The notes beneath the pieces were generated by a model. It was given only the letters and a program-made list of their open reading frames with translations, was not told where the DNA came from and did not search any database. From contig CAZIQR010000002.1 in the NCBI GenBank assembly GCA_964541055.1, forward strand, positions 1 through 45,980: 45,980 bases of DNA, read 5' to 3'. Positions 41,285-45,980 of the stretch are shown here, in pieces. This DNA is from an uncultured Eubacteriales bacterium. Lineage in GTDB: Bacteria > Acidobacteriota > Aminicenantia > Aminicenantales > Saccharicenantaceae. Each line of letters begins with the position of its first letter. Within the stretch, counting starts at the first letter, position 1. The position numbers were made by a program, and so were the translations under genes.

Positions 41285-42724
41285 ATGCCCAAGATCGTCT
41301 TCATCGAACCGAAAGCCCCCAATCTCCACATCTTCTCCCGGTTCCCGCTGCCGCGCCTGGGAACGCTCATCCTCGGGACGATGATGAAGCGGCGCGGCTG
41401 GGAGGTCGAGCTCTTCGTCGAGGATTTCCGCACGGTCGATTTCGACGTCATCGCCAAAGCCGATCTCGTCGGCATCTCGACGATCACCTCGACCGCGCCC
41501 CGGGCCTACGCCATCGCCGACAAGGTTCGGGCCATGGACATCCCCGTCCTGATGGGAGGCCCCCACGTCACCTACTTGACCGACGAGGCCCTCGAGCACG
41601 CCGATTTCGTCGTCCGGGGCGAGGGCGAGGCGGCGCTTGCGGCCTTCATCGACGCCCGGGAGCAAGGGACCGGCTACGCCGACGTGCCCAACCTCTCTTA
41701 CAGGGACGGGACCGGCGCTGTGGCCCATAATCCCCTCGCGCCGCGGGCCACGAATCTCGACGCCATCCCCTTCCCCGACTTCTCGCTCCTGCGCCCCGAC
41801 GCGAAGAGCCTCAAGCACATGTCCTCGATCCCCGTGCTGACTTCGCGCGGCTGCCCCTTCGACTGCTCCTTCTGCTCCGTGACGGGCATGTTCGGCCGCA
41901 AGTACCGCTTCCGCTCGACGGCGAACATCATCGAGGAGCTGCGGCTCTATTCGGGCCGCAAGACCATGATCTTCTTCTACGACGACAATTTCGCCGCCGA
42001 TCCCAAACGGACCCGAGAGCTCTGCGAGGCCATGATCCGGGAGAGGATCAAGGTCCGCTGGACGACCCAGGTCCGGGCCGACGTCACCCGCGACCCCGAT
42101 CTCATCCGGCTGATGAAGGAATCGGGCTGCCACACCGTCTACATCGGCTTCGAATCGGCCAATCCGGACGCCCTCGAGGAGATGAAGAAGAAGCAGACGG
42201 TCGAGGAGATCGGCCGGGCCGTCAAGGTCTTCCGCCAGAACCGCATCCACATCCACGGCATGTTCGTCCTCGGCTTCGACCAGGACGACTGGCGGACGGT
42301 CCGCAAGACGGTGCGCTGGGCCAAGCGGGCCCGCTTGACCTCGACGCAGTTCCTCATCCTGACGCCGCTCCCGGGATCGGCCTTCTACGACCGGGTCGCC
42401 GCGGAGGACCGCATCCGCTTCCACGACTGGGCCCTCTACGACGCCCACCACGCCGTCTTCCAGCCGGCCCGCTTCTCGCTCCCCGACCTCCAGAGGGCCC
42501 AGAGCTTCGCCCACCGCAAGTTCTACTCGCTCAAGGGTTCGGTCCGGAAGGTCCTGGCCGGCCAGTGGCTGGCCCTGGCCATCGCCCATTATGCCCGACG
42601 CCTCGACAAGACCTGGAAGAAGAAGAACCGGACCTTCCTCAAGGTCGCGGCCCTGCTCAAGCCCCGTCCGGGCTCCAGGGCCAAGATCTCGGTCGATTAC
42701 ATAGAGGACGTGGGCTTGGAATAA
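41285..42724 (+). CDS. B12-binding domain-containing radical SAM protein (class B)
   Basis: N-terminal cobalamin-binding-like Rossmann region (DLVGISTITSTAPRAYAIADKVRAMDIPVLMGGPHVT). CxxxCxxC cluster motif SRGCPFDCSFCSV (C190/C194/C197). 479 aa. Starts 6 nt after the MerR stop. Confidence 0.85.
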   Translation: MPKIVFIEPKAPNLHIFSRFPLPRLGTLILGTMMKRRGWEVELFVEDFRTVDFDVIAKADLVGISTITSTAPRAYAIADKVRAMDIPVLMGGPHVTYLTDEALEHADFVVRGEGEAALAAFIDAREQGTGYADVPNLSYRDGTGAVAHNPLAPRATNLDAIPFPDFSLLRPDAKSLKHMSSIPVLTSRGCPFDCSFCSVTGMFGRKYRFRSTANIIEELRLYSGRKTMIFFYDDNFAADPKRTRELCEAMIRERIKVRWTTQVRADVTRDPDLIRLMKESGCHTVYIGFESANPDALEEMKKKQTVEEIGRAVKVFRQNRIHIHGMFVLGFDQDDWRTVRKTVRWAKRARLTSTQFLILTPLPGSAFYDRVAAEDRIRFHDWALYDAHHAVFQPARFSLPDLQRAQSFAHRKFYSLKGSVRKVLAGQWLALAIAHYARRLDKTWKKKNRTFLKVAALLKPRPGSRAKISVDYIEDVGLE

Positions 42725-42822
42725 CGCCCCTGTCGGCGTCCCCGCCGAGAACGATTTACAGCCCCTTCCGTATGGTCTAGAATAGACCCTCTCAATTTCG
42801 GACTTCTTTAAGGGAGTCACGT

Positions 42823-43545
42823 ATGCCAAATGTTTTGACAGTCAGAGGATTGAAGAAATCCTACGGCACCCAGGTCGCCGTCGCCGGCGTCGATTTCGAC
42901 GTCCGCGCCGGCGAGGTCTTCGCCCTGATCGGCCCGAACGGCGCCGGCAAGACGACGACCCTGCGGATCATCGCCACGCTCCTCACGGCGACGTCCGGCG
43001 ACATCAAGTTCCTCGACCAGGACCTCTGCAAGGACCCCGATTTCGTCCGGGAGAAGATCAGCTATCTTCCGGAGGAAGCGGGCGCCTACAAGGACATGAA
43101 GGGGCTCGATTACCTCCGCTTCATGGCCAACTTCTATGCCCGGACGGCCGAAGAAGAAAAGACCTTCGTCGACCGGGCCGTGGCCATCACCGAGCTCGGC
43201 GACCGGCTCGCGACCAAGGTCGGCACCTACAGCAAGGGCATGACCCGCAAGCTCCTGCTGGCCCGGTCCCTCATGACCAAGCCGACCCTGGCCATCCTCG
43301 ACGAGCCGACCTCGGGCCTCGACGTCCTCAACGCCCTCGAGGTCCGCGAGATCGTCCGCCGCTACGTTAAGGAAGGCACCTCGGTCCTGCTCTCCTCCCA
43401 TAACATGCTCGAGATCGAGTTCCTCTCCGACCGGGTGGCCCTCATCAACAAGGGCCTCATCCTCGACAGCGGGACGCCCGCCGAGCTCAAGGACAAGCAC
43501 GGCGCCAAGAACCTCGAAGAGGTCTTCAGGAGTTCCCTCCGATGA
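42823..43545 (+). CDS. ABC transporter ATP-binding protein (ABC-2 exporter type)
   Basis: Walker A GPNGAGKTT, signature YSKGMTRKL, Walker B LAILDEPTSGLD, H-loop SSHNM. AAGGGAG SD. Confidence 0.9.
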   Translation: MPNVLTVRGLKKSYGTQVAVAGVDFDVRAGEVFALIGPNGAGKTTTLRIIATLLTATSGDIKFLDQDLCKDPDFVREKISYLPEEAGAYKDMKGLDYLRFMANFYARTAEEEKTFVDRAVAITELGDRLATKVGTYSKGMTRKLLLARSLMTKPTLAILDEPTSGLDVLNALEVREIVRRYVKEGTSVLLSSHNMLEIEFLSDRVALINKGLILDSGTPAELKDKHGAKNLEEVFRSSLR

Positions 43546-44837
43546 AAAAATTCGCCAACCTGCTCAAAAAAGAGATCAAGGAGCTGGTGAACAAGCAGCT
43601 CGTCTTCACCCTCCTCTTCATGGTCGTCTTCTACAATTTCATCGGCCAGGTCAGCAAGAAAGAGATCCAGAAGATCGTCGGCGTTCAGACCATCTCGGCC
43701 CTCGACGAGGACGGCTCCGGGGGCTCGCAGGCCCTGCTCAAGGGGCTCGAATCGGCCCGGTTCAAGATCCTCGACCAGTCGGGCAAGACCAAGGAGCAGG
43801 CCATCGAGGCCGCCAAGGCGAACGATTCGAAGCTCCTCCTCGTCATCCCGAAAGGATTCGGCGAGTCCCTGACCGCGTTCAAGCCGAGCGAGATCGAGAC
43901 CTACTCGTTCATGCGGACCTTCTCCATCATCGGCACCCGGGGCCAGATCGTCGTCGATGGCGTTGTTTCGGCCCTGAACAACGCCCTGTCCAACAACTTC
44001 CTCAAAGAGAAGCTGCCGGGCTTCGATCCTCAGGCCGTGAAGAACCCGATCAAGAGCAAGGACTTCGTCGTCGTCCGGGACCATGTCGCCCAGGGATCGG
44101 CGACGCAGGTGGCCGGCCTGATGTCCCAGCAGTCGATGCTCATCCCCATCGTCCTGATGATGATCATCATCTACTCGTCCCAGATGGTCATCTCGGCCGT
44201 GGCCATGGAGAAGCAGAACAAGACCCTGGAGACGCTCCTGACCGTGCCCATCAAGCGGACCTCGATCATCACCGCCAAGATGCTCGCGGCGGGCCTCGTC
44301 GGCCTGATCTCGGCCGGCGTCTACATGTTCGCCTTCAAGGGCTTCGTCGGCGGCATGACCGGCGAGGTCGCCAAGGCCGGGGCGCAGGCCGGGGGCGGGG
44401 CGCTGATGCGCCAGCTCGGCCTGACCTTCAACACGACCGGCTACATCGTTCTAGGCCTGGCCCTGTTCCTGGCCATCCTGGTCGCCTTGGCCCTGGCCAT
44501 GATCCTCGGCGTTCTGGCCGAGGACTTCCGCAGCGCCCAGACGATGATCATGCCCCTCATCTTCCTGGTCATGATCCCCTACTTCATCTCCCTCTTCGCC
44601 GACATGAACACGCTGTCGCTGCCGGCCAAGATCCTGATCCTGGTCATCCCCTTCTCGCACCCGTTCCTGGTCTCGCAGAACCTTTACCTCGGCAACTGGG
44701 GCATGATCGCCTTCGGGCTGGGCTACATGGCCGTGATCTTCGTCGTCCTGACCGTTATCGCCGCCCGGATCTTCTCCACGGACAAGATCCTGACCATGAA
44801 GCTGCGCCTGGGCAAGAAGAAACCGGCCACGGTTTGA
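43542..44837 (+). CDS. ABC-2 family transporter permease (NatB-like topology)
   Basis: 431 aa. One N-terminal TM, a soluble loop of about 170 aa, then a cluster of TM helices. The ATG overlaps the ATPase stop (ATGA). Confidence 0.8.
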   Translation: MKKFANLLKKEIKELVNKQLVFTLLFMVVFYNFIGQVSKKEIQKIVGVQTISALDEDGSGGSQALLKGLESARFKILDQSGKTKEQAIEAAKANDSKLLLVIPKGFGESLTAFKPSEIETYSFMRTFSIIGTRGQIVVDGVVSALNNALSNNFLKEKLPGFDPQAVKNPIKSKDFVVVRDHVAQGSATQVAGLMSQQSMLIPIVLMMIIIYSSQMVISAVAMEKQNKTLETLLTVPIKRTSIITAKMLAAGLVGLISAGVYMFAFKGFVGGMTGEVAKAGAQAGGGALMRQLGLTFNTTGYIVLGLALFLAILVALALAMILGVLAEDFRSAQTMIMPLIFLVMIPYFISLFADMNTLSLPAKILILVIPFSHPFLVSQNLYLGNWGMIAFGLGYMAVIFVVLTVIAARIFSTDKILTMKLRLGKKKPATV

Positions 44838-44856
44838 CCGCCGGATCAGAGCCGGT

Positions 44857-44885
44857 TTGACAGGTCCGGCGCTTCGCGGCACAAT
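44857..44885 (+). promoter_or_regulatory. putative promoter TTGACA-17-CACAAT
   Basis: TTGACA 44857-44862, a 17-nt spacer, CACAAT 44880-44885. GAAGGGAGG SD precedes ATG 44906. Confidence 0.4.
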
Positions 44886-44905
44886 AGGGGCCGAAGGGAG
44901 GTCTT

Positions 44906-45154
44906 ATGCACATTCTCTGGACGATCATTGTGGGGTTCATTGTCGGTGTCATCGCCAAGTTCATCTATCCCGGCCGCCAAAATATGGGCTGGATCTGGAC
45001 GATCATCCTGGGCGTCGCCGGCGCGTTCGTAGCCACCTATCTCGGAAAGCTGCTCGGCATCTATCAGCCGGGCCAGGCGGCCGGCTTCATCGGCGCCGTC
45101 ATCGGGGCGCTCGTCCTGCTCTTTATCTATAATCTGATCAAGAAAAAAGCCTAG
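44906..45154 (+). CDS. GlsB/YeaQ/YmgE family (transglycosylase-associated) small membrane stress protein
   Basis: 82 aa: MHILWTIIVGFIVGVIAKFIYPGRQNMGWIWTIILGVAGAFVATYLGKLLG..., the typical pattern of this family. Confidence 0.8.
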   Translation: MHILWTIIVGFIVGVIAKFIYPGRQNMGWIWTIILGVAGAFVATYLGKLLGIYQPGQAAGFIGAVIGALVLLFIYNLIKKKA

Positions 45155-45180
45155 GCCTTTCGCCGCGGCCGGAGCCAATG

Positions 45181-45212
45181 GCAGACCTGTCCCTTGAGGG
45201 GGAGGGGTCTGC
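45181..45212. terminator. hairpin between convergent genes
   Basis: GCAGACC (45181-45187) / GGTCTGC (45206-45212), with an inner CCCT/AGGG pairing. Lies between the stops at 45154 (+) and 45227 (-). Confidence 0.45.
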
Positions 45213-45226
45213 GCTCGAGGCGCCTC

Positions 45227-45775
45227 TTAGGTCCGGGCTCTCCTGCGCTCGTACCAACGGATGACGAGCCAGACGGCAAGCAGGAGAAGAAGCCCCAACA
45301 GGACCGGCGCCACGATCGCGAGGATCGTGGTCAGGCCCGACACGGCGTCCTCGGCCACGCTGACCACGGGATTCCCCAGGCCGGCCGTGCCCGCCGTCAC
45401 CGCCGGGCGGGCCACGGCCTTGGCCGTATGGACGCCGCCGGCGATGAGCAGGCCGCAGACCATAGCCAGGATCGGGCTGACGTTGCTGATGACGTTCCCG
45501 CTCGCCGCGAACAGGACGGCCCCGGCCGCCGGCCGGAAGACCGTCTGGATGACGTCGTTGACGGTGTCGACGGCCGGGATCTTGTCGACCGTGAACTCGA
45601 TCACCAGCAGCACCCCGATGACGATGAGGACGACGGGGTGCGTCAGGGCGCTCCAGGGCGCCTTGAGCGTGATCAGGGTCGTGTAGCGGGCCAGGAGTCC
45701 GACGATGAGGAGCGGCAGATAGGCGTTCAGGCCCGTGGCCGCGGCCAGGCCGAACCCGCCGAGGACGCCGAGCAT
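45227..45775 (-). CDS. DUF4126 domain-containing membrane protein
   Basis: 182 aa: GLNAYLPLLIVGLLAR...EFTVDKIPAVDTVNDVIQTVFRPAAGAVLFAA matches my memory of the DUF4126 pattern (DKIP.vD...RP.AGA). Confidence 0.7.
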   Translation of the reverse strand: MLGVLGGFGLAAATGLNAYLPLLIVGLLARYTTLITLKAPWSALTHPVVLIVIGVLLVIEFTVDKIPAVDTVNDVIQTVFRPAAGAVLFAASGNVISNVSPILAMVCGLLIAGGVHTAKAVARPAVTAGTAGLGNPVVSVAEDAVSGLTTILAIVAPVLLGLLLLLAVWLVIRWYERRRART

Positions 45776-45980
45776 CAGACCTTGGGGATCGTGAGCTTTT
45801 GGCCGACCTTGATCAGGTCGGGGTTGGTCAAGATGTCCTTGTTGGCCTCGAAGATCTTCATGTACAGGCTGGCCTTGCCGTAGAACTTCTGGGCGATGCC
45901 GCTGAGCGTGTCGCCGGGCTTGACCTCGTAGACCTGGGCCTCGCCGGCGGCCGGCCCGCCCGGGCCCGGCAGCGTCGAGG
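45775..45980 (-). CDS. LysM domain protein, C-terminal part; 5' end outside the window
   Basis: Own translation of the minus strand: ...AGEAQVYEVKPGDTLSGIAQKFYGKASLYMKIFEANKDILTNPDLIKVGQKLTIPKV*, a canonical LysM. Its TGA stop overlaps the DUF4126 ATG by 1 nt (TGATG). Confidence 0.7.
   Translation of the reverse strand, partial: STLPGPGGPAAGEAQVYEVKPGDTLSGIAQKFYGKASLYMKIFEANKDILTNPDLIKVGQKLTIPKV

Noticed and set aside
42725-42822. Search for a RiPP precursor peptide or small ORF next to the B12-radical SAM gene. The 41279-41284 gap was also checked.
   Set aside because: There is no ATG/GTG ORF with an SD in these gaps. The only feature is a short hairpin, GGTCTA-gaa-TAGACC (42774-42788). 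Small ORFs elsewhere cannot be excluded without a dedicated tool.
40547-42829. 760-aa minus-strand ORF covering the MerR and radical SAM genes. Likewise 37019..39271 (-), 750 aa, covers the VWFA gene.
   Set aside because: Antisense shadows. The plus-strand products carry unambiguous MerR HTH, CxxxCxxC radical SAM and VWFA-family motifs. The minus-strand translations are Gly/Asp/Arg/Glu-rich with no motifs.
1-45980. CRISPR arrays, rRNA/tRNA genes, transposase or integrase genes, and prophage genes.
   Set aside because: I saw no regularly spaced direct repeats, no conserved rRNA/tRNA sequence blocks, and no ORF with DDE, tyrosine- or serine-recombinase, or phage structural motifs on either strand.

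Overview
High-GC (roughly 65-70% by eye) bacterial chromosomal window, probably Acidobacteriota: it has a GWxTD-domain protein, a VWFA protein with the TIGR03436-type N-terminus, and many secreted TPR, peptidase and glycosidase genes. I support about 38 protein-coding genes. I saw no rRNA, tRNA or CRISPR array. Most long ORFs in the six-frame track are antisense shadows of real genes, as expected at this GC content. Several real genes start well inside their listed ORF, and I re-called those starts from SD motifs, signal peptides and neighbour overlaps.

Gene content in order:
- GWxTD / TPR / aminopeptidase P operon (-)
- ornithine cyclodeaminase-family gene plus Fe-S L-serine dehydratase (+)
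- GH127 plus an unassigned 962-aa secreted putative glycosidase (-)
- TauE/SafE permease, PaaI thioesterase, beta-barrel protein, pyrE
- TolC-MFP-RND efflux operon (-)
- truncated O-methyltransferase
- two tandem M14-like peptidases (one lacks its zinc ligands) divergent from a secreted M24 peptidase
- lipoprotein; secreted protein / ECF sigma / anti-sigma operon
- alpha/beta hydrolase - GlpK - GH116 operon
- small basic protein plus HExxH protein; GMC oxidoreductase; VWFA protein
- the region I find most unusual, 39.3-44.8 kb (described below)
- GlsB/YeaQ-like, DUF4126 and LysM genes at the end

The 39.3-44.8 kb region starts with a ~1.2 kb low-GC island. It carries a single, apparently leaderless gene for a Pol-beta-fold nucleotidyltransferase (AbiEii/GSU2403-like) with a fused N-terminal module. 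The gene is bracketed by two copies of the palindrome TTACCCTACA-N21-TGTAGGGTAA. Next come a MerR regulator with two tandem HTH domains behind an AT-rich palindromic control region, a B12-binding radical SAM enzyme and an ABC-2 exporter.

Other non-coding observations are a MITE-like element with terminal inverted repeats and a 9-bp flanking direct repeat at 24.1-24.3 kb, and a repeated element that starts right after stop codons at three loci. Family assignments come from motif recognition by eye. No database search was run.
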